NCBI GenBank assembly: GCA_039028615.1
Contig: JBCCHT010000043.1
Location: forward strand, 1-64,000
Length of the DNA: 64,000 nt
From: Myxococcota bacterium
Lineage (GTDB): Bacteria > Myxococcota_A > Polyangia > Nannocystales > Nannocystaceae
Reading direction: 5' to 3'
Numbering within the stretch: the stretch's first letter is position 1; each line of letters starts with the position of its first letter. Shown one piece after another: positions 10,344 to 19,970 of this stretch. The notes under the pieces were generated by a model. It saw nothing but the letters and a program-made list of their open reading frames with translations. It was not told the origin of the DNA and searched no databases. A program made the translations under genes and the position numbers.

Positions 10344-11915
10344 TTGGACGTGAAGCGCCTGACCCATGCTCCGAACGTCGCCCAACGCGCCTCTTCTCAT
10401 GGCTCCGATCCGCGACCCCACGCCGTGGTCATCGGCAGCGGGTTCGGGGGCCTGGCTGCCGCAATTCGGCTCGGAGCCCGCGGTTATCGCGTGACGGTGC
10501 TGGAACGCCGCGACCAGCCCGGAGGGCGCGCGTACGTGTATCGGCAAGACGGATTCACCTTCGACGGCGGCCCCACGGTCATCACCGCCCCGTTCCTCTT
10601 CGAGGAGCTGTGGGAGCTGTGCGGCAAGAAGATGTCGGACGACATCGACCTGCGGCCCGTCTCTCCCTTCTATCGCATTCGCTTCCACGATGGCGAAGTG
10701 TTCGATTACACGGGAGACCACGACTCGATGTGTCAACAGATCGAGCGCTTCTGTCCCGAGGACGTGGAGGGATACGAAGAGTTGATGGAGATGAGCCGCA
10801 AGATCTTCGAGGTCGGCTTCGAGCGACTTTCGTATCGCCCCTTCTCCACTTGGCTCGACATGGCCAAGATCGTCCCCGACATGATCAAGCTCCAGAGTTA
10901 CCGCACGGTCTGGGGCCTGGTCTCTCGCTACATCAAGGACCACCGCCTTCGCCAAGTCTTGAGCTTCCACCCCTTGCTGGTCGGCGGCAACCCCTTCCAG
11001 ACCACGTCGATCTACTCGCTCATCTGCTACCTCGAGCGCAAGTGGGGCGTGTGGTTCCCCATGGGCGGCACGGGCCAGCTCGTCCGCGGGCTCGTCAACC
11101 TCATCGAAGGGCAGGGCAACGAGGTCCGGCTCTTCGCCGAAGTCGACGAGATCACGGTGGAGGGCGGCCGGGCCACGGGCGTTCGGCTCGCGGATGGCGA
11201 GCACCTCGAGGCGGACATCGTCATCTCCAACGCGGACTCGGCCTTCACCTACAAGCACCTGCTCCCGGCCGAGCATCGCAAGCGCTGGACCGATCGCAAG
11301 GTCGACCGGGCCCGCTACTCGATGAGCCTGTTCGTCTGGTACTTCGGCACCGATCGCAAGTACGAAGACGTCGCGCACCACACCATCATGCTGGGGCCGC
11401 GCTACAAGGAGCTGCTCGACGACATCTTCGAGCATAAGGTCCTGGCCGACGACTTCAGCCTCTACCTGCATCGGCCCACCGCCACCGATCCCTCGCTCGC
11501 CCCCGAGGGGCACGACGGGTTCTACGTCCTGTCGCCCGTGCCCCACCTCGACGCCGACGTCGACTGGACACAGCAGCGGGAGACCTACCGCAAGAAGATC
11601 GAGCAGTTCCTGTCCGACACGATCATGCCCGACCTGGGTGAGCATGTCGTGAGCTCGCGGATCCTCGATCCCATCGGCTTCCGCGACGACCTGAACTCGG
11701 TCAAGGGAGCCGCCTTCGGCATGGAGCCCGTGCTCCTGCAGAGCGCCTACTTCCGCCCCCACAACTCCAGCGAAGAGGTCGAGCGCCTGTACCTGGTCGG
11801 AGCGGGAACCCACCCCGGCGCGGGTGTGCCGGGGGTGTTGTCCTCGGCCCGAGTCCTCGAAGAGGTCGTGCCCGAAGCCAGCGAGGTCATCCGTGAACGC
11901 GAACACGTGGGCTGA
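10344..11915 (+). CDS. crtI: Phytoene desaturase
   Basis: VIGSGFGGLAAA FAD motif, FTFDGGPTVIT and LYLVGAGTHPGAGVPGV; start could be GTG at 10350. Confidence 0.95.
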   Translation: MDVKRLTHAPNVAQRASSHGSDPRPHAVVIGSGFGGLAAAIRLGARGYRVTVLERRDQPGGRAYVYRQDGFTFDGGPTVITAPFLFEELWELCGKKMSDDIDLRPVSPFYRIRFHDGEVFDYTGDHDSMCQQIERFCPEDVEGYEELMEMSRKIFEVGFERLSYRPFSTWLDMAKIVPDMIKLQSYRTVWGLVSRYIKDHRLRQVLSFHPLLVGGNPFQTTSIYSLICYLERKWGVWFPMGGTGQLVRGLVNLIEGQGNEVRLFAEVDEITVEGGRATGVRLADGEHLEADIVISNADSAFTYKHLLPAEHRKRWTDRKVDRARYSMSLFVWYFGTDRKYEDVAHHTIMLGPRYKELLDDIFEHKVLADDFSLYLHRPTATDPSLAPEGHDGFYVLSPVPHLDADVDWTQQRETYRKKIEQFLSDTIMPDLGEHVVSSRILDPIGFRDDLNSVKGAAFGMEPVLLQSAYFRPHNSSEEVERLYLVGAGTHPGAGVPGVLSSARVLEEVVPEASEVIREREHVG

Positions 11916-12888
11916 GCAGCACGCCCTCGCCCCGCGCGAGGCCGGGGCCGACGCGGACCTGCGGCACTGCACCCAGCTGCTGCAGGCCGGCAGCCGCAGC
12001 TTCTGGGCGGCGTCTCACCTGCTGCCCTCGCGCATTCGTCCCGACGTCACCGCCTTCTACGCGTTCTGCCGCGTCGCCGACGATGCGATCGACGAGGGCG
12101 AGGATCCGGGAGCGGCGCTGGCCAACCTCCACGAGCGGGTCGAGCGGATCTACCAGGGTCGCCCCGTCGACGATCCCGTCGATCGGGCGTTCGCTCGGGT
12201 CGTGTTCGACAACCGCATCCCCGCCGCATTGGTCGAAGCGCTGCTCGACGGCTTCGCGTGGGATCTCGAGGATCGCCGCTACGACACCCTCGACGAGACG
12301 CTCGGCTACGCCGCCCGCGTGGCATCCACGGTGGGCGCCGTCATGACGCTCATCATGGGGGTCGACGATCGCGACGCCCTGTCGCGCGCGTGTGATCTCG
12401 GGGCCGCGATGCAGCTGACCAACATCGCCCGCGACGTCGGAGAAGACGCGCGAATGGGCCGGCTCTACCTGCCCGCGGATTGGCTGCGACGGGAGGGCGT
12501 CGACCCGCAGCAGTGGCTGCACGCTCCCACGCCCAGCCTCGGGATCCGCCGCGCCACGGCTCGATTGCTCGCGCACGCCGATCGCCTCTACGCCCGGGCC
12601 AACGCGGGCATCCCCGCCCTCCCCCGCGACTGTCAGCCCGCGATTCGGGCCGCGAGCACAATCTACGCCGACATCGGTCGAGTGATCGCGCGGCGTGGCT
12701 TCGACTCGGTGACCCGCCGCGCTCGGACCTCGGGCTGGCGCAAGCTGTGGCGACTGGCCCAGGCCTGGACGCGGCGACTCGCCCCCCAGCCCGAGCTGCT
12801 CGCCGTGGCACCCGAGCCCGCCCTGGCGTTCATCGTCGAGACCGTGCGCCCTCGTGCCTTGTGCCCGGCGCCCGGGGTCTCGCCGTGA
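11893..12888 (+). CDS. crtB: Phytoene synthase
   Basis: GSRSF, YAFCRVADDAID and MQLTNIARDVGEDARMGRLYLP. Confidence 0.95.
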   Translation: MNANTWAEQHALAPREAGADADLRHCTQLLQAGSRSFWAASHLLPSRIRPDVTAFYAFCRVADDAIDEGEDPGAALANLHERVERIYQGRPVDDPVDRAFARVVFDNRIPAALVEALLDGFAWDLEDRRYDTLDETLGYAARVASTVGAVMTLIMGVDDRDALSRACDLGAAMQLTNIARDVGEDARMGRLYLPADWLRREGVDPQQWLHAPTPSLGIRRATARLLAHADRLYARANAGIPALPRDCQPAIRAASTIYADIGRVIARRGFDSVTRRARTSGWRKLWRLAQAWTRRLAPQPELLAVAPEPALAFIVETVRPRALCPAPGVSP

Positions 12889-13718
12889 TCCCCAGCGCCC
12901 GGAGTCCGTGGTTCTCGCGGTGGTTTTCCGGTCAGGCGTACGGCCTCGTCCGCAAGAGCTTCGACCAGGTCCACATCGCGGGCGAAGAGCACTTGGCCGC
13001 CGCGCTACGCCGGGGCCCGACCCTGGTGGTCTCCAACCACAGCTCGTGGTGGGACCCGATGTTCGTGCTCGTGCTGACCGACCGCATCGTGCCGGCCGAG
13101 TTCTACGCGATGATGGAGGCCAAGAACCTGCGGCGGCTGCCCTTCTTCGCCAAGGTCGGCGGGTTCGGGGTCGACCGCGACTCTCGGCGCGACGGGGCCC
13201 GAGCCATCGAGTACGCGGGGTCGCTGCTCGATCGTCCGGGCCGACTGGTGTGGATCTTCCCGCAGGGCCAGGAACGGCCCCTGCACGAGCGGCCCCTGTC
13301 TTTCTTCGGCGGGGCGGCACGGGTCGCGCAGCGCAACCCGCAGGCCACGGTGGTCCCGGTGGCGCTGTCGTATCACCACGGAGCCACCCGGGAGCCCGAG
13401 GCCTACATCAGCATCGGCGCCGAGCTCCCGGTGACGAAGTCGGCGGCAGCGGGGACTCGGGCGCAGGTCCAGGCGGTCACCGAGCAGCTCGAGCGCATCG
13501 AGCATGAGCGCTGCGAGCCGGGCACGCAGGGGTTCGAGCCCTGCTTCGAGCATCGGAAGCCAGGCTCAGGAGGCCTCGCGGAGCGGCTGTTGGCCGCCAT
13601 GTCGCGGCCCTTCGTCCCGGGGCTCCGAGCGCTCGAGTACCCCTCCGGGTCCGAGCGAAAGCTCGCGCTGTCGCCAACGCACCCGGCGGGGGCCGAACGC
13701 GGCGCGGCCAAAGGCTAG
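12885..13718 (+). CDS. Lysophospholipid acyltransferase family protein (probable carotenoid-glycoside acyltransferase)
   Basis: NHSSWWD and WIFPQG motifs; translationally coupled to crtB. Confidence 0.85.
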   Translation: MIPSARSPWFSRWFSGQAYGLVRKSFDQVHIAGEEHLAAALRRGPTLVVSNHSSWWDPMFVLVLTDRIVPAEFYAMMEAKNLRRLPFFAKVGGFGVDRDSRRDGARAIEYAGSLLDRPGRLVWIFPQGQERPLHERPLSFFGGAARVAQRNPQATVVPVALSYHHGATREPEAYISIGAELPVTKSAAAGTRAQVQAVTEQLERIEHERCEPGTQGFEPCFEHRKPGSGGLAERLLAAMSRPFVPGLRALEYPSGSERKLALSPTHPAGAERGAAKG

Positions 13719-14792
13719 GAGCAATACGCCGTCGGCGAGCAGCCCGTCGACCAAGAGCCGATGGTGCTGGCCGCCCTGTCCCGACCAATGGCGGGCCACG
13801 AGCGCGACGGCCAGACGAACCAACAGCACGGATGCCAACGCCCCTCCCGCCCAGGGCACGCCCGCGAGCATGGCCACCGCCGCCCCGACGACCAGCAGCG
13901 GCGTCGCGGCCAGCAGCAGCGGATAGCTCACCAGACGCGCGGGACGCTGGGCGCGGATCACCATCAGCCAGCGCGCATACCGGGCCACGACTTGGGCGAG
14001 GCTGCGGTTGGACGCCAATGAGGTCACCACCGCGTTGACCTGGGCCGTCTGCCACCCTCGCGCTCGCAGACGACGGGCCAGCTCCATGTCCTCGCCCAGG
14101 TAGTCCACCAGCGCCCCAAAGCCCCCAATCGCCCGCAGAGCGTCGCTACGGAGGGCAAAGGTCTTGCCCACCAGGCCCCCGCGATCGAGCGGCCCCAGCA
14201 GGGTGAAGGCATGCAGCGACGCCCCCAGGATGCGGGCCGAGAGCCGATCGGCCACAGTCGAGCCATCGAGCTCGACCGGGGCGCACCAGGTGGCGCCCAT
14301 CGTCTCGGAGCATCGCAGCGGCTCGACCAGCGACTCGAGCTCGTCGCCGGTCATGTCCACATCGCTATCGACGACGACCACGACCTCGTCCGAACCGGCG
14401 TCGACGATGCCCGCGAGCTGACTCGTCTTCCGGTTGGGGCCGCGAGGCGGCACGACGCTCACCGAAGCATCGAGGCCCTCGTGTCGCAGCTGGGCCGCGA
14501 CCCGTCGCGTCACGGGCAGCGCCTCGTCGGTCGCCGAGCTCGTGCTGAACACGACCCGCAGCGCGCCCGGGTAGCGAATCCGCCCCGTGGAACGCAGCGA
14601 ATCCTGCAAGTGGGGCTCGAGGCCCGCGCACGGGCGCACCACGACGACCGATGGCCAACGCCCCGGTTGCAGCCGAGCCCCCGGACGCGGCCGTCGCTGC
14701 CGCCACGAACGCACGACGGCCGTCAGGCTCGTCGCGGTCACGAAGCCCGACCACGCCACCAGGCCGCCCCCGGCCAGCTCCAGGCCGTTCAC
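13566..14792 (-). CDS. GT2 / ceramide-glucosyltransferase-like glycosyltransferase (probable carotenoid glycosyltransferase)
   Basis: VVRPCAG, GPNRK, DSD, LGEDM and RW motifs; coupled to crtC. Confidence 0.85.
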   Translation of the reverse strand: MNGLELAGGGLVAWSGFVTATSLTAVVRSWRQRRPRPGARLQPGRWPSVVVVRPCAGLEPHLQDSLRSTGRIRYPGALRVVFSTSSATDEALPVTRRVAAQLRHEGLDASVSVVPPRGPNRKTSQLAGIVDAGSDEVVVVVDSDVDMTGDELESLVEPLRCSETMGATWCAPVELDGSTVADRLSARILGASLHAFTLLGPLDRGGLVGKTFALRSDALRAIGGFGALVDYLGEDMELARRLRARGWQTAQVNAVVTSLASNRSLAQVVARYARWLMVIRAQRPARLVSYPLLLAATPLLVVGAAVAMLAGVPWAGGALASVLLVRLAVALVARHWSGQGGQHHRLLVDGLLADGVLLLAFGRAAFGPRRVRWRQRELSLGPGGVLERSEPRDEGPRHGGQQPLREAS

Positions 14793-15976
14793 GCCCGCCA
14801 GCCCCGACGAATGCGGTACGGGAGCATGCGCTGGACGAGGGGATGGCAGAACCGATCGAGGGACAGCGACTCGTGCATCGCCGTGACCGGCTCGCCCCGC
14901 AGCTGCGTCTCGATGAGCGACCGCGAGTAAAACGGGGCGTTCTCGAGCGTTCGCAGCACCTTGGGCTCGAACCCGACATCCGTTCGCGTGCTCCGCTCCA
15001 TGCCCCACCCGGTACGAGGCAGTCGGTGGGCGGCGGGGGCCTCGAGTCGTTCGATCGTGCCGTCGACGCCGAAGAGCAGGCCCCGCTCCCGCGGCTGCCC
15101 CTCGAGCGTCTGTGCATCGTAGAGGATGGCCGTGCCCGCCTCGGTCTCGGCGCGACACCAGTTCCACGAAGAGAACCCGCGCTCGAGCGGCTCGCGCCCG
15201 AAATTCGTGTCGTGGTAGCCGGAGCCGACGAAGCGAAACCCGGGGCGCTCCATCTCGACCTCGACCTGGGCGAGCGGCGCCACCGGCCACCAGTGATGGC
15301 GGGCCACGGGATCGAGCGCCACCGCCTTGCCGAAGCGTTGGGTCGGCCGCAGCCGAATGACCCCGCGCACGGGCGCGCCCAGGGCCGTGCTGCGCTCGTC
15401 GATGTCGATCCGCAGCTGGCCGTCGTCCCATTGCACCCGGCTTCGCCCCAGCTCCAGGTGCTCGGCCGCCCGCCGAACGCGACGCAGCGGATGCTCGGTA
15501 AACGCCCAGTGCTTGCGCCCCTCGCGATACAGGGCGACGTTGAGCGCACAGAAGCTCTCGGGGCGCGGCACGATCTCGGTGGCGCGTGCCCGAAAGTAGG
15601 TCGGCGAGAACACCGAGCCTACGAAGGCGATGACGGTGACGGCTTCGCGCCCATCGGGGCTGATGCCATCGAGGTACCACCAGGTATAGCCGCCGGGTGG
15701 GACCGTGATGTCGAACCGAGGCCCGTATGCACCGAATGCGCGGCGACTCGGCCACCCAAGGCCACCATCGGGACCCCCGCGCCCGGGTGCACCCCGCCCC
15801 CCACCAGGTACAAGCCGGGCAGCTTCGTCGTGACCCCGGGCCGAGCGAAGGCCCCCATCAGCCCGTGCGTCGCGGTTCCGTAGAGTGCTCCCCCCGCGCC
15901 CGGAAACCTCCGGTCGAAATCGTGGGGCGTGGTGCTGACGATCTTCGTGGGCTCGGCCTCGATTGTCAGCCCACAT
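14789..15976 (-). CDS. crtC: Carotenoid 1,2-hydratase (start uncertain; conserved part begins near 15730)
   Basis: GPRFDITVPPGGYTWWYLDG, IAFVGSVFSP, HHWWPVAP, GYHDTNFG and HESLSLDRF. Confidence 0.88.
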   Translation of the reverse strand: MWADNRGRAHEDRQHHAPRFRPEVSGRGGSTLRNRDARADGGLRSARGHDEAARLVPGGGRGAPGRGGPDGGLGWPSRRAFGAYGPRFDITVPPGGYTWWYLDGISPDGREAVTVIAFVGSVFSPTYFRARATEIVPRPESFCALNVALYREGRKHWAFTEHPLRRVRRAAEHLELGRSRVQWDDGQLRIDIDERSTALGAPVRGVIRLRPTQRFGKAVALDPVARHHWWPVAPLAQVEVEMERPGFRFVGSGYHDTNFGREPLERGFSSWNWCRAETEAGTAILYDAQTLEGQPRERGLLFGVDGTIERLEAPAAHRLPRTGWGMERSTRTDVGFEPKVLRTLENAPFYSRSLIETQLRGEPVTAMHESLSLDRFCHPLVQRMLPYRIRRGWRA

Positions 15977-17202
15977 CGGGACATTTGTTGGAAGATACGA
16001 AGTCGACATCGGCTGAAGTCTGGGTCGAAGGTTTCTTCCCCTCCGCGGGCGGGCGCATTGACCAGACAAAAGAGCCGTTGCTCTCGGTCGTCGATCGCAT
16101 GCTCGACCGCAGAGGGATCGGCATCTTGGGCACACACGTAGATCGTGGGCTCTTCGGGGATTCGCCCCTGGCCGAGGTCATCGAACTCTCGGCGGTAGTC
16201 GGAGCTGAACACCACATTGTGATACGCGAGGGGAAAGTCGTGCACTCGGCCGACCACGGACCACGCCAAGGCGGACGAGGATCGAGGCGCCCGCACCGGG
16301 GCCACGGCTCGGCGAGCATCCGCCCCCAACAGCCCGGCGACCACCGCTCTCGCGTTGGCGTTGACGACGACCGCATCTGCGCGCAGCGTCGTGCCCGAGG
16401 CGAGTCGGACTCCGGTGGCGCGCCCCTTCGACACCGAAACTTCGTCGACCGATGCATCCAGCGCGATCTCACCGCCCCGCTCGACGAACAGCCGCGCCAG
16501 CGCGTCGGCCAGCGTCGTCATGCCCCCCTCGATGGCCCACACGCCGCGTTGCTCGACGTGGGCGATGAGGTTGAGGGTGCCCGGCGCCTGGAAGGGCGAA
16601 GAGCCCGAATACGTGGCGTAGCGCCCGAATAGCTGCAATAGCCGCGGATCTCGAAAGAAGCTCCGCAACGACTTCCACATCGTGCGATGCCAGTCGATGG
16701 TGGTCAGCGCCCGGAGCCCGCTGAGCCCCATGTTCTTGGCCATCTTGGCCAGCCGGCTGCCGTCGCTGCGAATGAAGGGTTCATCGACCGTCTCGTAGAT
16801 GCGCCGGGCGTGCTCGCTGAAGCGCAGGAACCCCTTTGCCTCGCGCGGGCCGGCCATGCGCTCGATCGCGTTCGCGCTGCGCTGCAGGTCGGAGTACAGG
16901 TCGAGCCTCGAGCCGTCGGGCCAAGCGTGTCGCGCCAGCACCTCGAGCGGCTGGAGCTTCACGCGCTCGTCGAAGCTGGCCCCCGCGCGGGAGAACAACC
17001 CGTCGAAGACGTCGCGCATCGTCAATACGGTCGGGCCCGAGTCGATCAATCGATCACCCACTCGAATTCGACGCATCTTGCCGCCGAGCTCGGAGCCGCG
17101 CTCGCAGATCAACACCCGACGACCGAGCGCGGCGAGTTCGACCGCAGCGCACAGTCCGCCTATGCCTGCACCGACGACGATGACGTCCCAACGATCGGTC
17201 AT
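15619..17202 (-). CDS. crtD: 1-hydroxycarotenoid 3,4-desaturase
   Basis: VVGAGIGGL, IDSGPTVLTM, FGRYATYSGSSPF and HPGAGVPM; overlaps crtC. Confidence 0.9.
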   Translation of the reverse strand: MTDRWDVIVVGAGIGGLCAAVELAALGRRVLICERGSELGGKMRRIRVGDRLIDSGPTVLTMRDVFDGLFSRAGASFDERVKLQPLEVLARHAWPDGSRLDLYSDLQRSANAIERMAGPREAKGFLRFSEHARRIYETVDEPFIRSDGSRLAKMAKNMGLSGLRALTTIDWHRTMWKSLRSFFRDPRLLQLFGRYATYSGSSPFQAPGTLNLIAHVEQRGVWAIEGGMTTLADALARLFVERGGEIALDASVDEVSVSKGRATGVRLASGTTLRADAVVVNANARAVVAGLLGADARRAVAPVRAPRSSSALAWSVVGRVHDFPLAYHNVVFSSDYRREFDDLGQGRIPEEPTIYVCAQDADPSAVEHAIDDREQRLFCLVNAPARGGEETFDPDFSRCRLRIFQQMSRCGLTIEAEPTKIVSTTPHDFDRRFPGAGGALYGTATHGLMGAFARPGVTTKLPGLYLVGGGVHPGAGVPMVALGGRVAAHSVHTGLGSTSRSHPAAIPGGTSMASAPMGAKPSPSSPS

Positions 17203-17279
17203 GTTCGCACGAGTTCGTAGGATGCGTTCTGCACTCTGTCCACTGATTGGCCATACGCGGCCATCTGAGGGCGATTGGA

Positions 17280-17290
17280 TTGACAACGAA
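17280..17290 (+). promoter_or_regulatory. TTGACAACGAA motif in the crtD/crtE divergent region
   Basis: Contains TTGACA; matches the motif at 10311-10321. Confidence 0.4.
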
Positions 17291-17314
17291 CAACCATCAC
17301 CCACGCTCCTTCGC

Positions 17315-18214
17315 GTGAAAGCGGACGAGCGAATCGAGCGAGCGCTGGAGCAGGCCCTGAACGCAGGCATCGGACCTTCGACTCCGCCCCTGCTCGCCAA
17401 GGCTCTACGTCATGCAGTCGTCGGTGGTTCGAGGCTTCGTCCCCGGCTCGTGATGGCCGTAGCCGAGGCTTGTGATCGCCCCGTGGATCCCGTGGTGGAA
17501 GCCGCCGCCGTCGCCATCGAGATGCTGCACTGCGCCTCCTTGATCCACGACGATCTCCCGAGCTTCGACGATGCACTCATGCGAAGGGGACGACCCTCGG
17601 TGCATTCCGTCTTTGGTCCACAGATCGCAATCTTGGCCGGAGATGGGCTCATCGTCGCCGCGTTCGAAGCGCTGGCGCGGGGATGCGCCGAGCAGCCCGA
17701 GCGGCTCGGCCCGCTCACCCTCGCCTTGGGTCAGGGCGTCGGCGTCGCCAAGGGCCTGGTCGCGGGCCAGGCGTGGGAGAGCGAGCGCTCCGTCGACCTC
17801 GGCACCTACCACGACGCCAAGACCGGCGCGCTCTTCGAGGCCGCCATGCGGGTCGGGGCCATCGTGGCGGACCAGCCCCCCGAGCCCTGGGCGGAGGTGG
17901 GGCGCATGCTCGGGCAGGCCTATCAGATCGCCGATGACATCGGCGACGCGTCCGGGTCCGGGGCATCCCTGGGCAAACCCGTCGGGCAAGACACCCGCTT
18001 CGGTCGACCGAGCGCGGCGCGGACGATGGGCCTTCGCGGGGCGCAGACCAGGCTGGCGGAGCTGTGTCGCCAGCTGCCCGAGATTATTCCCGCGTGCCCC
18101 GGGCGGCCACGGCTGCGCGTCTCGATGGAGCGGCTGTGCGCACGCATCGTGCCGACCCCGGTCGTCGCGCTGCCTCATCGCGACACGGAGCCGCTGCTCG
18201 AAGCCACGGCCTGA
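17315..18214 (+). CDS. crtE: Geranylgeranyl diphosphate synthase
   Basis: HCASLIHDDLPSFDD..RRG, KTGALF, YQIADD and GKPVGQD. Confidence 0.92.
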   Translation: MKADERIERALEQALNAGIGPSTPPLLAKALRHAVVGGSRLRPRLVMAVAEACDRPVDPVVEAAAVAIEMLHCASLIHDDLPSFDDALMRRGRPSVHSVFGPQIAILAGDGLIVAAFEALARGCAEQPERLGPLTLALGQGVGVAKGLVAGQAWESERSVDLGTYHDAKTGALFEAAMRVGAIVADQPPEPWAEVGRMLGQAYQIADDIGDASGSGASLGKPVGQDTRFGRPSAARTMGLRGAQTRLAELCRQLPEIIPACPGRPRLRVSMERLCARIVPTPVVALPHRDTEPLLEATA

Positions 18215-18267
18215 GCCTCACTGCGGCCGCGAATCCCGACCAGCGAAAAACGCGGAACCACGCGAGC

Positions 18268-18295
18268 AAAAGACGGCCCCGTCGTCACGGGGCCG
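18268..18295. terminator. GC-rich hairpin, terminator-like
   Basis: CGGCCCCGT-cgtc-ACGGGGCCG downstream of crtE, with an A-run on its left side. Confidence 0.5.
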
Positions 18296-18337
18296 CTGTG
18301 ATAACGTGGGAAGCGCCTGCTTTTCGCTTGGACTCGT

Positions 18338-19735
18338 ATGGACCGCAAGATCGCCGCGCTCGTGCTCCCGTCCCTGGTCGCCCTCGGCACGCTGGCCGCC
18401 GCCGGCTCGGCCCAGGCGGCCACCCCCACGTTCTATACCGATCTCGCCACGTTCCAGAGCGACATCACCGTCACCGTCACCGACGACTACTCCGACCCCG
18501 GCTACGTCTTCATCCAAGACGACATCGCCATGAGCGGAGTGCTGGGCGAGACCGACTACATGACGACGGGGTTCAACAACCTCAACATCGTCAACGGCGG
18601 CTACTACTGCGCGGGCTGTAACGGGTCCTTCGAGCTGTCCTTCCTGACCACGTCGGTGGGCGTAGCCACCGGGGTGCACGGGGTCGGTGCGTACATCCAG
18701 ACCCACAACCTCGGCGTGCCCTACTACGCCTACATCACCTTTGCCGACGGCACGAGCCTCGACATCGCCCTGCCTGCCGCGGGCAACTTTTGGGGAGTGG
18801 CGGCGCCGGAGCGGATCGAACGCATCCACTTCGGCCTGAGCATGGGCGGGGCCACCACCAACGGCAGCTTCGGCATCGACGACCTGATCGTCGGCAGCGG
18901 CAACGTGGGCGGCTGCGAGGTCGACAGCGATTGCTTCGACCTCGGCGATCCCTGCACCGACCCCGTGTGTGTCGACGAGCTGTGCGCCTACGAGTTCAAC
19001 ACCGCGCCCTGCGACGACGGCAACATCTGCACCGAGGACGACGTGTGCTTCGAGGGCGTGTGCGACGGCGCGCCCGTCGACTGCTCCGACGACAACGAGT
19101 GCACCAACGAGTTCTGCGACCCCGAGTCGGGCTGCGTGCTTCAGCTGAACGTCGAGCCCTGCGACGACGGCAGCGTGTGCACCCAGATGGACACCTGCAA
19201 CATGGGCGTCTGCGACGGCACGCCCATCGACTGCGGTGACGACGACGTCTGTACCGCCGACTCCTGCGACCCGGAGATGGGCTGCTACAGCGAGCCCATC
19301 CGCGGCTGCTGCGAGAGCGACGAAGAGTGCGGCCCCGACGAGATCTGTGACCTCGGCACCAACATGTGTGTGCCGGAGCCCAGCGGTGGCACGGGCACGG
19401 GCGGCGGAACCGACGGCGATACCGGAGCGGGGGGCACGGCCGCGGGAGAAGACACCGGACTCGAAGACTCCGGCACACCCGCCGACACGGGCGCGGGCGA
19501 GACCGGTGGCGGCACGGGAGTCGGCGAGACGGGAGACGGCGACTCGGGCACCACCGCCAGCGGGGCGACCGAAGGAAACGACGACTCTCCCACGACCGAC
19601 GACGTCCCCGTCGCCGACCCGGCGGGCTGCGGCTGCACCACCACCGACACCGACCCGGAGCGAAGGCTCGGCTGGTTGCTGCTCGGCGTGGTGGGCCTCA
19701 TCGGCCGTCGCCGTCGCCGTCGCCGGGCGGCATGA
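18338..19735 (+). CDS. Secreted Cys-rich repeat protein with MYXO-CTERM-like sorting signal
   Basis: Signal peptide; repeated CDDGNxCT..D.C units; G/T-rich linker; GCGC plus TM plus RRRRRR C-terminus. Confidence 0.88.
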   Translation: MDRKIAALVLPSLVALGTLAAAGSAQAATPTFYTDLATFQSDITVTVTDDYSDPGYVFIQDDIAMSGVLGETDYMTTGFNNLNIVNGGYYCAGCNGSFELSFLTTSVGVATGVHGVGAYIQTHNLGVPYYAYITFADGTSLDIALPAAGNFWGVAAPERIERIHFGLSMGGATTNGSFGIDDLIVGSGNVGGCEVDSDCFDLGDPCTDPVCVDELCAYEFNTAPCDDGNICTEDDVCFEGVCDGAPVDCSDDNECTNEFCDPESGCVLQLNVEPCDDGSVCTQMDTCNMGVCDGTPIDCGDDDVCTADSCDPEMGCYSEPIRGCCESDEECGPDEICDLGTNMCVPEPSGGTGTGGGTDGDTGAGGTAAGEDTGLEDSGTPADTGAGETGGGTGVGETGDGDSGTTASGATEGNDDSPTTDDVPVADPAGCGCTTTDTDPERRLGWLLLGVVGLIGRRRRRRRAA

Positions 19736-19970
19736 GCAGCCCGCGGAGACGTACCCAGGGAACCGGCGGCCGGATGAGCTCCGCGTGACCACCCCGCCCT
19801 GGTCCCACGACGAAGCGAAGCCGTCGCAATGGTCGGCACCGCGGACACGCCCGCTGAACGGTTCGGGCTGACCGATCCGTGCCGGTTCGGCTCGTCGGCT
19901 GGTCGCCGTCGACTCCGCCGTGCGGCCCCGGCTTGGCTCGCGCGCGCGGCTATGCGAAACCGGAACTGCG

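Noticed and set aside
15619..15976. Large same-strand crtD/crtC overlap
   Set aside because: A crtD/crtC overlap is common in crtDC operons; only the crtC start is uncertain.
18900..19380. Repetitive TGC-GAC-GAC DNA resembling an array
   Set aside because: Coding Cys-rich protein repeats; no constant repeat with unique spacers and no cas genes, so not CRISPR.
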